DNA of 64,000 nt, taken from Squalus acanthias (lineage: Eukaryota). Below, piece after piece: positions 27,601-42,200 of this stretch. Under the pieces are notes generated by a model. It was not told where the DNA came from and ran no database searches. It saw nothing but the letters and a program-made list of their open reading frames with translations. Made by a program: the position numbers and the translations under genes. Position 1 is the first letter of the stretch. The number at the start of each line of letters is the position of its first letter. The stretch is taken from the NCBI GenBank assembly GCA_030390025.1, contig CM059431.1, forward strand, positions 156,118,001 through 156,182,000. The letters run 5' to 3'.

Positions 27601-28574
27601 TGTGTACCCTGGACTAAACAGAGTGTCGGAGTACCCTGGACTACACAGAGTGTCAGAGTACCCTGGACTATACAGACTGTCAGAGTACCCTGGACTACAC
27701 AGAGTATCAGAGTACCGTGGACAACACAGAGTGTCAGAGTACCTTGGACTACGCAGAGTGTCAGAGAACCGTGGGCTACACAGAGTGATAGAGTACACTG
27801 GGCTCCACAGATTCTCAGAGTTCCTTGGACTAAACAGAGTGTCAGAGTACCGTGTACTACACAGAGTGTCAGAGTACCTTGGCTACACAGAGTGTCAGAG
27901 TACCGTGGGCTACACAGAGTGACAGAGTACACTGGGCTACACAGAGTTAAGAGTACCTTGGACTACACGGAGTGTCAGAGTACCTTGGACGACACAGAGA
28001 GTCAGAGTACCGTGGGCTACACAGCGTGACAGAGTACACTGGGCTACACAGAGTGTCAGAGTCCCTTGGTCTACACGGAGTGTCTGTGTACCTTGGACTA
28101 TACAGAGTGTCAGAGTAGCCTGGACTACACAGAGTGTCAGAGCACCTTGGGCTACACAGAATGACAGAGTAAACTGGGCTTCACGGCGTGTCTGTGTACC
28201 ATGGACTACACAGAGTGACAGAGTGCCCTTGGCTACACAGAGTGTCAGAGTATACTGGGCTACACAGTGTGTCAGAGTACCCAGTACTACACAGTGTGTC
28301 AGAGTACCCTGGACTAAACAGAGTTTCTGAGTACCCTGGACTACACAGACTCTCAGAATAACCTGGACTATACAGAGTGTCAGAGTACCCTGGACTAAAC
28401 AGAGTGTCAGAGTACCCTGGACTACACAGAATGTCAGAGTACTCTGGACTACACAGAAAGTTAGTGTACCCTGGAGTACACGGAGTGTCAGAGTACCTTG
28501 GACTACACAGAGTGTCAGTGTACCGTGGCCTACACAGAGTGTCAGAGTACGTCGGAATACGCAGAGTGTCAGAG
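21700..28574 (+). repeat. Higher-order repeat block: 1885-bp units with a 242-bp internal duplication and a 2370-bp derivative
   Basis: ORF offsets are 22048 to 23933 and 23341 to 25226 (1885), 23933 to 26545 (2612) and 25226 to 27596 (2370). CACCGGGCTAC is at 22841 and 23083 (offset 242). Confidence 0.92.
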
Positions 28575-28979
28575 ATCCGTGGGCTAGACAGAGTGACAGA
28601 GTACACTGGGCTACACAGAGTGTCAGAGTAACCTGGACTAAACAGAGTGTCAGAGTACACTGGGCTACACAGAGTGTCAGAGTACCCTAGAAAACACAGA
28701 GTGTCAGAGTACCTTGGACTACACAGAGTTTCAGAGTACCGTGGACTACACAGAGTGTCGGTATACCGTGGGCTAAACAGAGTGATAGAGTACACTGGGC
28801 TACACAGAGATTCAGATTACCTTGGACTACACAGAGTGTCAGAGTATCTTGGACTACACAGCGTGTCAGAGGACCGTGGACTACACAGAGTGTCAGAGTA
28901 CCCTGGGAACACAGAGTGTCAGAGGACCCTGGACTACACAGACTGTCAGAGTAACGTGGACTACACAGAGTGTCAGAGT

Positions 28980-30440
28980 ACCCTGGGAACACAGAGTGAC
29001 AGAGGACCCTGGACTACACAGAGTGTCAGAGTACCGTGGACTACACAGAGTGTCAGAGAACCTTGGACTACACAGAGTGTCAGAGTACCGTGGGCTACAC
29101 AGAGTGTCAGAGTACCTTGGTCTACACGCAGTGTCAGAGTACCTTGGGCTACACAGAGTGTCAGAGTACCTTGGTCTACACGCAGTGTCAGAGTACCTTG
29201 GACGACACAGAGTGTCAGAGTACCGTGAGCTACACAGAGTGACAGAGTACACTGGGCTACACAGAGTGTCAGAGTACCTTGGTCTACACGGAGTGTCAGA
29301 GTACCTTAGACTATACAGAGTGTCAGAGTAGCCTAGACTACACAGAGTGTCAGAGTACCTTGGGCTACACAGAGTTTTAGAGTACACTGGGCTCCACAGA
29401 TTCTCAGAGTTCCTTGGACTAAACAGAGTGTCAGAGTACCGTGTACTACACAGAGTTTCAGAGTACCTTGGCTACACAGAGTGTCAGAGTACCGTGGGCT
29501 ACACAGAGTGACAGAGAACACCGGGCTACACAGAGTTAAGAGTACCTTGGACTACACGGAGTGTCAGAGTTCCTTGGACGACACAGAGTGTCAGAGTACC
29601 GTGAGCTACACAGAGTGACAGAGTACACTGGGCTACACAGAGTGTCAGAGTACCTTGGTCTACACAGAGTGTCAGAGTACCTTAGACTATACAGAGTGTC
29701 AGAGTAGCCTGGACTACACAGAGTGTCAGAGTACCTTGGGCAATACAGAATGACAGAGTAAACTGGGCTTCACAGAGTGTCTGTGTACCCTGTACTAAAC
29801 AGAGTGACAGAGTGCCCTTGGCTACACAGAGTGTCAGAGTATACTGGGCTACACAGTGTGTCAGAGTACCCAGGACTCCACAGAGTGTCAGAGTACCGTG
29901 GACAACACAGACTGTCAGAGTACCCGGGACTAAACAGAGTGTCAGAGTACCTTGGACTAAACAGAGTGTCAGAGTAACGTGTACTACACAGAGTGTCAGA
30001 GTACCTTGGACTACACAGAGTGTAAAAGTACCGTGGGCTACACAGACTGACAGAGTACACTGGGCTGCACAGAGTATCAGAGTACCTTGGACTACACAGA
30101 GTTTCAGAGTGCCGTGGACTGCACAGAGTGTCAGAGTATATTGGACTACGCAGAGTGGCAGGGAACCGTGGGCTACACAGAGTGACAGAGTGCACTGGGC
30201 TACAGAGAGTGTCAGAGTACCCTGGGCTGCACAGAATATCAGAGAACCGTAGAAAACACAGAGTGTTAGAGTACCCTGGTCTACACAGAGTTTAAGAGAA
30301 CCGTGGGCTACTCAGACTGTCAGAATACATTGGACTACACAGAGTGTCAGAGTACCGTGGACTAAACAGAGCGTCAGAGTATCCAGGACCATACAGAGTG
30401 ACAGAGTACACTGGGGTACACAGATTGTCAGAGTATCCAG
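28980..30440 (+). repeat. Slightly diverged copy of about 19610-21070 (offset 9373)
   Basis: ORFs 19663 to 29036, 20404 to 29777, 20439 to 29812 and 20971 to 30344 all share offset 9373, with a few substitutions. Confidence 0.85.
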
Positions 30441-33400
30441 GACTACACAGAGTGTTAGAGTACCTTGGTCTACACAGAGTGTCCGAATACCGTGGGCTTC
30501 ACAGAGAGACAGAGTACACTGGGCTAAACAGAATGTCAGAGTACCGTGGACAACACAGAGTGTCAGAGTACCTTGGACTACGCAGAGTGTCAGAGAACCG
30601 TGGGCTACACAGAGAGACAGAGTACACTGGGCTAAACAGAGTGTCAGAGTACCGTGGACTACGCAGAGTGTCTGTGTACCATGGACTACACAGAGTGACA
30701 GAGTGCCCTTGGCTGCACAGAGTGTCAGAGTATACTGGGCTACACAGTGTGTCAGAGTACCCAGTACTACACAGTGTGTCAGAGTACCCTGGACTAAACA
30801 GAGTTTCTGAGTACCCTGGACTACACAGATTGTCAGAGTACCCTGGACTACACAGACTGTCAGAATAACTTGGACTATACAGAGTGTCAGAGTACCCTGC
30901 ACTAAACAGAGTGTCAGAGTACCCTGGACTACACAGAATGTCAGAGTACCCTGGACTAAACAGAAAGTTAGTGTACCCTGGACTACACGGAGTGTCAGAG
31001 TACCTTGGACTACACAGAGTGTCAGTGTAACGTGGACTACACAGAGTGTCAGAGTACGTCGGAATACGCAGAGTGTCAGAGATCCGTGGGCTAGACAGAG
31101 TGACAGAGTACACTGGGCTACACAGAGTGTCAGAGTACCCTAGAAAACAGAGAGTGTCAAAGTACCCTGGTCTAAACAGAGTGTCAGAGTACACTGGGCT
31201 ACACAGTGTGTCAGAGTACCCTAGAAAACACAGAGATTCAGATTACCTTGGACTACACAGAGTGTCAGAGTATCTTGGACTACACAGCGTGTCAGAGGAC
31301 CGTGGACAACACAGAGTGTCAGAGTACCCTGGGAACACAGAGTGTCAGAGGACCCTGGACTACACAGACTGTCAGAGTACCGTGGACTACACAGAGTGTC
31401 AGAGAACCTTGGACTACACAGTGTCAGAGTACCGTGGGCTACATAGAGTGATAGAGTACACTGTGCTACATAGAGTGTCAGAGTACCCTGGACTACACAG
31501 AGTGTCAGAGTAAACTTTGCTACACAGAGTGTCAGAGTACCGTGGAATACGCAGAGTGTCAGAGTACCTTGGACTACACTGAGTGTCAGAGTACCGTGGG
31601 CTACACAGAGTGTCAGAGTACTTTGGTCTACACGCAGTGTCAGAGTACCTTGGGCTACACAGAGTGTCAGAGTTCCGTGGGCTACACAGAGTGTCAGAGT
31701 AACTTGGACTAAAAAGAGTGTCGGAGTACCGTGGGCTACACAGAGTGACAGAGTACATTGGGCTACGCAGAGTGTCATATTACCCTGGACTGCACAGAGT
31801 GTCAGAGTACCCTGCACTACACAGAGTGTCAGATTTCCCTGGACTACACAGAGTGTCAGAGTACCCTGGACTATACAGAGTGTCAGAGTACCTTGGACTA
31901 CACAGAGTGTCAGAGTACCGTGGGCTACACAGATTGACAGAGTTCCTTGGACTGCACAGAGTGTCAGAGTACCCAGGACTACACAGAGTGTCAGAGTTCC
32001 TTGGACTAAACAGAGTGTCAGAGTACCGTGTACTACACAGAGTTTCAGAGTACCTTGGACTACACAGAGTGTCAAAGTACCGTGGGCTACACAGACTGAC
32101 AGAGTACACTGGGCTACACAGAGTGTCAGAGTACCTTGGCCAACACAGAGTTTCTGAGTACCGTGGACTGCACAGAGTGTCAGAGTATATTGGACTACGC
32201 AGAGTGGCAGAGAACCGTGGGCTACACAGAGTGACAGAGTACACTGGGCTACACAGAGTGTCAGAGTACCCTGGGCTACACAGAGTATCAAAGAACCGTA
32301 GACTACACAGAGTGTTAGAGTACCCTGGTCTACACAGAGTGTCAGAGAACCGTGGGTTACACAGACTGTCAGAATACATTGGACTACACAGAGTGTCAGA
32401 GTACCGTGGCCTACACAGAGCGTCAGAGTATCCAGGACCATACAGAGTGACAGAGTACACTGGGCTACACAGAGTGTCAGAGTACCCTGGGCTACACAGA
32501 GTATCAAAGAACCGTAGACTACACAGAGTGTTAGAGTATCCTGGACGACACAGAGTGTCAGAGAACCGTAGACTACACAGAGTGTTAGAGTACCTGATCT
32601 ACACAGAGTGTCAGAGCACCTTGGACTACACAGAGTGTCAGAGTACCCTGGACTACACAGAGTGTCAGTGTACCGTGGACTAAAGAGAGTGTGAGAGTAC
32701 CCTGGACTTCACAGAGTGTCAGAGTACCGTGGGCGACACAGAGTGTCAGAGTACCTTGGACGACACAGAGTGTCAGAGTACCGTGGGCTACACAGAATGA
32801 CAGATTACCCTGGACTACACGCAGTGTCAGAGTACCTTGGACTACACAGAGTGTCAGAGTACCGTGGACTAAACATAGTGTCAGAGTACCCTGGACTACA
32901 CAGAGTGTCAGAGATCCGTGGGCTACACAGAGTGTCAGAGTACCTTGGACTACACAGATTATCAGAGGACCCTGGATTACACGGAATGTCAGAGTTCCTT
33001 GGACTAAACAGAGTGTCAGAGTTCCGTGTACTACACAGTGTGCCAGAATACCTTGGAGTACACAGAGTGTCAAAGTACCGTGAGCTGCACAGAGTGACAG
33101 AGTACACTGGGCTACACAGAGTGTCAGAGTAACTTGGACTACACAGAGTTTCAGAGTACCGTGGACTGCACAGAGTGTCAGAGTACATTGGACTACGCAG
33201 AGTGGCAGAGAACCGTGGGCTACACAGAGTGTTAGAGTACCCTGGTCTACACAGATTGTAAGAGAACCGTGGGATAAACAGACTGTCAGAATACATTGGA
33301 CTGCACAGAGTGTCAGAGTACCGTGGACTATACAGAGCGTCAGAGTACCCAGGACTATACAGAGTGACAGAGTAAACTGGGCTACACAGATTGTCAGAGT

Positions 33401-36400
33401 ATCCTGGACTACACAGAGTGTCAGAGAACCGTAGACAACACAGAGTGTTAGAGTAACCTGGTCTACACAGAGTGACAGAGTACCTTGGACTACACAGACT
33501 GTCAGAGTACCCTGGACTACACAGAGTGTCGGAGTTCTCTGGACTAAACAGAGTGTCAGATTACCGTGTACTACACAGAGTGTCAGAGTACCTTGGACTA
33601 CACAGGTTTTCTGAGTACCGTGGACTGCACAGAGTGTCAGAGTATATTGGACTACGCAGAGTGGCAGAGAACCGTGGGCTACACAGAGTGACAGAGTACA
33701 CTGGGCTACACAGAGTGTCAGAGTACCCTGGGCTACACAGAGTATCAAAGAACCGTGTACTACACAGAGTTTCAGAGTACCTTGGCTACACAGAGTGTCA
33801 GAGTACCGTGGGCTACACAGAGTGACAGAGAACACTGGGTTACACAGAGTTAAGAGTACCTTGGACTACACGGAGTGTCAGAGTACCTTGGACGACACAG
33901 AGTGTCAGAGTACCGTGAGCTACACAGAGTGACAGAGTACACTGGGCTACACAGAGTGTCAGAGTACCTTGGTCTACACGGAGTGTCAGAGTACCTTAGA
34001 CTATACAGAGTTTCAGAGTAGCCTGGACTACACAGAGTGTCAGAGTACCTTGGGCAACACAGAATGACAGAGTAAACTGGGCTTCACAGAGTGTCTGTGT
34101 ACCCTGGACTACACAGAGTGACAGAGTGCCCTTGGCTACACAGAGTGTCAGAGTATACTGGGCTACACAGTGTGTCAGAGTACCCAGGACTCCACAGAGT
34201 GTCAGAGTACCGTGGACTACACAGACTGTCAGAGTACCCTGGACTAAACAGAGTGTCAGAGTACCTTGGACTAAACAGAGTGTCAGAGTAACGTGTACTA
34301 CACAGAGTGTCAGAGTACCTTGGACTACACAGAGTGTAAAAGTACCGTGGTGTACACAGACTGACAGAGTACACTGGGCTACACAGAGTGTCAGAGTACC
34401 TTGGACTACACAGAGTTTCAGAGTACCGTGGACTGCACACAGTGTCAGAGTATATTGGACTACGCAGAGTGGCAGAGAACCGTGGGCTACACAGAGTGAC
34501 AGAGTGCACTGGGCTACACGGAGTGTCAGAGTACCCTGGGCTACACAGAATATCAGAGAACCGTAGACTACACAGAGTGTTAGAGTACCCTGGTCTACAC
34601 AGAGTTTCAGAGAACCTTGGGCTACTCAGACTGTCAGAATACATTGGACTACACAGATTGTCAGAGTACCGTGGACTACACAGAGCGTCAGAGTATCCAG
34701 GACCATACAGAGTGACAGAGTACACTGGGCTACACAGATTGTCAGAGTATCCTGGACTACACAGAGTGTCAGAGAACCGTAGACTACACACATTGTTAGA
34801 GTACCTGGTCTACACAGAGGGTCAGAGTACCTTGGACTACACAGAGTGTCAGAGTACCCTGGACTACACTGAGTGTCAGAGTGCCTTAGACTACACAGAG
34901 GGTCAGTGTACCGTGGACTAAAGAGAGTGTGAGAGTACCCTGGACTTCACAGAGTGTCAGAGTACCGTGGGCGACACAGAATGAAAGATTACCCTGGACT
35001 ACACGCAGTGTCAGAGTACCTTGGACTACACAGAGTGTCAGAGTACCGTGGACTAAACAGAGGGTCAGAGTACCCGGAACTACACAGAGTGTCAGAGATC
35101 CGTGGGCTACACAGAGTGTCAGAGTACCGTGGGCTACACAGAGTGTCAGAGTACCCTGGAGTACACAGAGTGTCAGAGTACCGTGGGCTGCACTGAGTGT
35201 CAGAGTACCTTGGTATACACAGAGTGTCAGAATACCGTGGGCTTCACAGAGAGACAGAGTACACTGGGCTAAACAGAGTGTCGGAGTACCCTGGACTACA
35301 CAGAGTGTCAGAGTACCGTGGGCTACACAGAGTGACAGAGGACACTGGGATACAAAGAGTTAAGAGTACCTTGGACTACACGGAGTGTCAGAGTACCTTG
35401 GACTACGCAGTGTGTCAGAGTACCGTGGGCTACACAGCGTGACAGAGTACACTGGGCTACACAGAGTGTCAGAGTCCCTTGGTCTACACGGAGTGTCAGA
35501 GTACCTTGGACTATACAGAGTGTCAGAGTAGCCTGGACTACACAGAGTGTCAGAGTACCTTGGGCTACACAGAATGACAGAGTAAACTGGGCTACACAGT
35601 GTGTCAGAGTACCCAGGAATCCACAGAGTGTCAGAGCACCGTGAACTACACAGACTGTCAGAGTACCCTGGACTAAACAGAGTGTCAGAGTACCTTGGAC
35701 TAAACAGAGTGTCAGAGTAACGTGTACTACACAGAGTGTCAGAGTACCTTGGACTACACAGAGTGTCAGAGTACCATGGACTACACAGAGTGACAGAGTG
35801 CCCTTGGCTACACAGAGTGTCAGAGTATACTGGGCTACGCAGTGTGTCAGAGTACCCAGTACTACAAAGTGTGTCAGAGTACCCTGGACTAAACAGAGTG
35901 TCTGAGTACCCTGGACTACACAGATTGTCAGAGTACCCTGGACTACACAGACTGTCAGAGTAACCTGGACTATACAGAGTGTCAGAGTATCCTGGACTAA
36001 ACAGAGTGTCAGAGTACCCTGGACTACACAGAATGTCAGAGTACCCTGGACTAAACAGAAAGTTAGTGTACCCTGGACTACACGGAGTGTCAGATTACCT
36101 TGGACTACACAGAGTGTCAGTGTACCGTGGACTATACAGAGTGTCAGAGTACGTCGGAATAGGCAGAGTGTCAGAGATCCGTGGGCTAGACAGAGTGTCA
36201 GAGTACCCTGGACTACACAGAGTGTCAGAGTATCGTGGACAACACAGAGTGTCAGAGTACCTTGGACTACGCAGATTGTCAGAGAACCGTGGGCTACACA
36301 GAGTGATAGAGTACACTGGGCTCCACAGATTCTCAGAGTTCCTTGGACTAAACAGAGTGTCAGAGTACCGTGTACTACACAGAGTGTCAGAGTACCGTGG

Positions 36401-39222
36401 GCTACACAGAGTGACAGAGTACACTGGGTTACACAGAGTTTCAGAGTACCTTGGACTACACGGAGTGTCAGAGTACCTTGGACTACACAGAGTGTCAGAG
36501 TACCGTGGGCTACACAGAGTGAAAGAGTACACTTGGCTACACAGAGTGTAAGAGTACCTTGGTCTACACGGATTGTCTGAGTACCTTGGGCTATACAGAG
36601 TGTCAGAGTAGCCTGGACTGCACAGAGTGTCAGAGTACCTTGGGCTACACAGAATGACAGAGTATACTGGGCTACACAGAGTGTCAGAGTACCCAGGACT
36701 ACACAGAGTGTCAGAGTACCTTGGACTACACAGAGTGTCAGAGTACCGTGGACTACACAGACTGTCAGAGTACCCTGGACGAAACAGAGTGTCAGAGTAC
36801 CCTGGACTAAACAGAGTGTCAGAGTACCCTGGACTAAACAGAGTGTCAGAGTACCCTGGTTACACAGAGTGTCAGAGTACCCTGGACTAAACAGAGTGTC
36901 AGAGTACCCTGGACTAAACAGAGTGTCAGAGTACCCTGGACCAAATAGATTGTCAGAGTACCCTGGACTACACAGATTGTCAGAGTAACCTGGACTACAC
37001 AGAGGGTCAGTGTACCCTGGACTACACGGAGTGTAAGAGTACCTTGGACTACACAGAGTGTCAGTGTACCGTGGACTACACAGAGTGTCAGAGTACCTTG
37101 GAATACGCAGAGTGTCAGAGATCCGTGGGCTAGACAGAGTGACAGAGTACACTGGGCTACACAGAGTGTCAGAGTACCCTGGACTACACAAAGTGTCAGA
37201 GTACCCTGGGCTACACAGAGTGTCAGAGTACCGTGGACTACACAGAGTGTTAGAGTACCCTGGGATACACAGATGTCAGAGTACATTGGACTACAACGAG
37301 AGTCAGTGTACCCTGGACTACACAGAGTGTCAGAGTACCTTGGACTACACAGAGTTTCAGAGTACCGTGGATTAAACAGATTGTCGGTATACCGTGGGCT
37401 AAACAGAGTGATAGAGTACACTGGGCTACACAGAGATTCAGAGTACCTTGGACTACGCAGAGTGTCAGAGTATCTTGGACTACACAGCGTGTCAGAGTAC
37501 CGTGGACTACACAGAGTGTCACAGTACCCTGGGAACACAGAGTGACAGAGGACCCTGGACTACACAGAGTGTCAGAGTACCGTGGACTGCACAGTTTGTC
37601 AGAGAACCTTGGACTACACAGAGTGTCAGAGTACCGTGGGCTACACAGAGTGATAGAGTACACTGTGCTACATAGAGTGTCAGAGTACCCTGGACTACAC
37701 AGAGTGACAGAGTACACTTTGCTTCACAGAGTGTCAGAGTACCGTGGAATACACAGAGTGTCAGAGTACCTTGGACTACACAGAGTGTCAGAGTACCGTG
37801 GGCTACACAGATTGTCAGAGTACCTTGTGAACACGCAGTGTCAGAGTACCTTGGGCTGCACAGAGTGTCAGCGTACCTTGGACTACACAGAGTTTCGGAG
37901 TACCGTGGGCTACACAGAGTGACAGTACATTGGGCTACACAGAGTGTCAGAGTATCCTGGACTGCACAGAGTGTCAGAATACCCTGGACGACACAGAGTG
38001 TCAGAGTACCCTGGACTACACAGAGTGTCAGAGAACCCTGTACTACACAGAGTGTAGAGTACCGTGGGCTACACAGATTGACAGAGTTCCTTGGACTACA
38101 CAGATTATCAGAGTACCCTGGACTACACGGAGTGTCAGAGTTCCTTGGACTAAACAGAGTGTCAGAGTACCCTGGACTACACAGAGTGTCAGAGTACCGT
38201 GTACTACACAGAGTGTCAGAGTACCTTGGACAACACAGAGTGTAAACGTACCGTGGGCTACACAGATTGACAGAGTACACTGGGCTACACAGAGTGTCAG
38301 AGAACCTTGGACTACACAGAGTTTGAGAGTACCGTGGACTGCACAGAGTGTCAGAGTACCTTGGACTACACAGAGTGTCAGAGTACCCTGGACTACACAG
38401 AGTGTCAGAGTACCTTGGACTACACAGAGTGTCAGAGTACCGTGGACTACACAGAATGACAGATTACCCTGGACCACACGCAGTGTCAGAGTACCTTGGA
38501 CTACACAGAGTGTCAGAGTACCTTGGGCTACACAGAATGACAGAGTAAACTGGGCTTCACGGAGAGTCTGTGTACCATGGACTACACAGAGTGACAGCGT
38601 GCCCTTGGCTACACAGAGTGTCAGAGTATACTGGGCTAAACAGTGTGTCAGAGTACCCAGTACTACACAGTGTGTCAGAGTACCTGGACTAAACAGAGTG
38701 TCTGAGTACCCTGGACTACACAGATTGTCAGAGTACCCTGGACTACACAGACTGTCAGAGTAACATGGACTATACAGAGTGTCAGAGTACCCTGGACTAA
38801 ACAGAGTGTCAGAGTACCCTGGACTAAACAGAATGTCAGAGTACCCTGGACTACACAGAAAGTTAGTGTACCCTGGACTACACGGAGTGTCAGAGTACCT
38901 TGGACTACACAGAGTGTCAGAGTACCCTGGACTACACAGAGTGTCAGAGTACCGTGGACTACACAGAGTGTCAGAGTACCCTGTGAACACAGAGTGTCAG
39001 AGGACCCTGGACTAAACAGAGTGTCAGAGTACACTGGGCTACACAGAGTGTCAGAGTACCCTAGAAAACACAGAGCGTCAGAGTACCTTGGACTACACAG
39101 AGTTTCAGAGTACCGTGGACTACACAGATTGTCGGTATACCGTGGGCGAAACAGAGTGATAGAGTACACTGGGCAACACAGAGATTCAGAGTACCTTGGA
39201 CTACACAGAGTGTCAGAGTATC

Positions 39223-42200
39223 TTGGACTACACAGCGTGTCAGAGGACCGTGGACTACACAGAGTGTCAGAGTACCCTGGGAACACAGAGTGTCAGAGGA
39301 CCCTGGACTACACAGAGTGTCAGAGTACCGTGGACTACACAGAGTGTCAGAGAACCTTGGAAGACACAGTGTCAGAGTACCGTGGGCTACACAGAGTGAT
39401 AGAGTATACTGTGCTACATAGAGTGTCAGAGTACCTTGGAATACACAGAGTGTCAGAGTAAACTTTGCTACACAGAGTGTCAGAGTACCGTGGAATACAC
39501 AGAGTGTCAGAGTACCTTGGACTACAGTGAGTGTCAGAGTACCGTGGGCTACACAGAGTGTCAGAGTACCTTGGTCTACACGCAGTGTCAGAGTACCTTG
39601 GGCTACACAGAGTGTCAGAGTTCCGTGGGCTACACAGAGTGTCAGAGTAACTTGGACTAAAAAGAGTGTCAGAGTACCGTGGGCTACACAGAGTGACAGA
39701 GAACCCTGGACTACACGGAGTGTCAGATTACCTTGGACTACACAGAGTGTCAGAGTACCGTGTGCTACACAGAGTGTCAGAGTACCTTAGACTAAACAGA
39801 GTGTCGGAGTACCGTGGGCTACACAGAGTGACAGAGTACATTGGGCTACGCAGAGTGTCAGAGTACCCTGGACTGCACAGAGTGTCAGAGTACCCTGGAC
39901 TACACAGAGTGTCAGATTACCCTGGACTACACAGATTGTCAGAGTACCCTGGACTACACAGAGTGTCAGAGTACCTTGGACTACACAGAGTGTCAGAGTG
40001 CCGTGGGCTACACAGATTGACAGAGTTCCTTGGACTACACAGAGTGTCAGAGTTCCTTGGACTAAACAGAGTGTCAGAGTACCGTGTACTACACAGAGTG
40101 TCAGGGTACCTTGGACTACGCAGAGTGGCAGAGAACCGTGGGCTACACAGAGTGACAGAGTACACTGGGCTACACAGAGTGTCAGAGTACCCTGGGCTAC
40201 ACAGATTATCAAAGAACCGTAGACTGCACAGAGTGTAAGAGTACCCTGGTCTACACAGAGTGTCAGAGAACCGTGGGTTACACAGACTGTCAGAATACAT
40301 TGGACTACACAGAGTGTCAGAGTACCGTGGCCTACACAGAGCGTCAGAGTATCCAGGACCATACAGAGTGGCAGAGTACACTGGGCTACACAAATTGTCA
40401 GAGTACCGTGGACTGCACAGAGTGTCAGAGTACCCTGGACTACACAGAGTGTCAGATTACCCTGGACTACACAGAGTGTCAGAGTACCCTGGACTACACA
40501 GAGTGTCAGAGTACCTTGGACTACACAGAGTGTCAGAGTACCGTGGGCTACACAGATTGACAGAGTTCCTTGGACTACACAGAGTGTCAGAGTTCCTTGG
40601 ACTAAACAGAGTGTCAGAGTACCGTGTACTACACAGAGTGTCAGAGTACCTTGGACTACGCAGAGTGGCAGAGAACCGTGGGCGACACAGAGTGACAGAG
40701 TACACTGGGCTACACAGAGTGTCAGAGTACCCTGGGCTACACAGAGTATCAAAGAACCGTAGACTACACAGAGTGTTAGAGTACCCTGGTCTACACAGAG
40801 TGTCAGAGAACCGTGGGTTACACAGACTGTCAGAATACATTGGACTACACAGAGTGTCAGAGTATCTTGGACTACACAGCGTGTCAGAGGACCGTGGACT
40901 TCACAGAGTGTCAGAGTACCCTGGGAACACAGAGTGTCAGAGGACGCTGGACTACACAGAGTGTCAGAGTACCGTGGGCTACACAGAGTGTCAGAGTACC
41001 TTGGTCTACACGCAGTTTCAGAGTACCTTGGGCTACACAGAGTGTCAGAGTTCCGTGGGCTACACAGAGTGTCAGAGTACTTGGACTAAAAAGAGTGTCA
41101 GAGTACCGTGGGCTACACAGAGTGACAGAGAACCCTGGACTACACAGAGTGTCAGAGTACCCTGGGCTACACAGAGTGTCAGAGTACCGTGGGCTACACA
41201 GAGTGTCAGATTACCTTGGACTACACAGAGTGTCAGAGTACCGTGTGCTACACAGAGTGTCAGAGTACCTTAGACTACACAGAGTGTCGAGTACCGTGGG
41301 CTACACAGAGTGACAGAGTACATTGGGCTACGCAGAGTGTCAGAGTACCCTGGACTGCACAGAGTGTCAGAGTACCCTGGACTACACAGAGTGTCAGATT
41401 ACCCTGGACTACACAGAGTGTCATAGTACCCTGGACTACACAGAGTGTCAGAGTACCTTGGACTACACAGTGTGTCAGAGTACCGTGTACTACACAGAGT
41501 GTCAGAGTACCTTGGACTACGCAGAGTGGCAGAGAACCGTGGGCTACACAGAGTGACAGAGTACACTGGGCTACACAGAGTGTCAGAGTACCCTGGGCTA
41601 CACAGAGTATCAAAGAACCGTAGACTACACAGAGTGTTAGAGTACCCTGGTCTACACAGAGTGTCAGAGAACCGTGTGTTACACAGACTGTCAGAATACA
41701 TTGGACTACACAGAGTGTCAGAGTACCGTGGCCTACACAGAGCGTCAGAGTATCCAGGACCATACAGAGTGACAGAGTACACTGGGCTACACAAATTGTC
41801 AGAGTATCCTGGACTGCACAGAGTGTCAGAGAACCGTAGAATACACAGAGTGTTAGAGTACCTGGTCTACACAGAGTGTCAGAGCACCTTGGACTACACA
41901 GAGTGTCAGAGTACCCTGGACTACACAGAGTGTCAGTGTACCGTGGACTAAAGAAAGTGTGAGAGTACCCTGGACTTCACAGAGTGTCAGAGTACATTGG
42001 ACTACACAGAGTGTCAGTGTACCGTGGACTAAAGAGAGTGTGAGAGTACCCTGGACTTCACAGAGTGTCAGAGTACCGTGGGCGACACAGAGTGTCAGAG
42101 TACCTTGGACGACACAGAGTGTCAGAGTACCGTGGGCTAAACAGAATGACAGATTACCCTGGACTACACGCAGTGTCAGAGTACCTTGGACTACACAGAG

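Noticed and set aside
35323..37191. Long ORFs (622 aa here, also 567 aa at 2633-4336 and 540 aa at 53475-55097) as repeat-protein genes such as beta-solenoid, antifreeze, ice-nucleation or mucin-like proteins
   Set aside because: The 27-bp consensus is stop-free in five of six frames, so long ORFs are expected. They overlap on both strands, switch repeat frame at 25/26-bp monomers, have no unique N- or C-terminal domain, mostly start at GTG/TTG within the repeat, and stops and frameshifts are copied along with the duplications.
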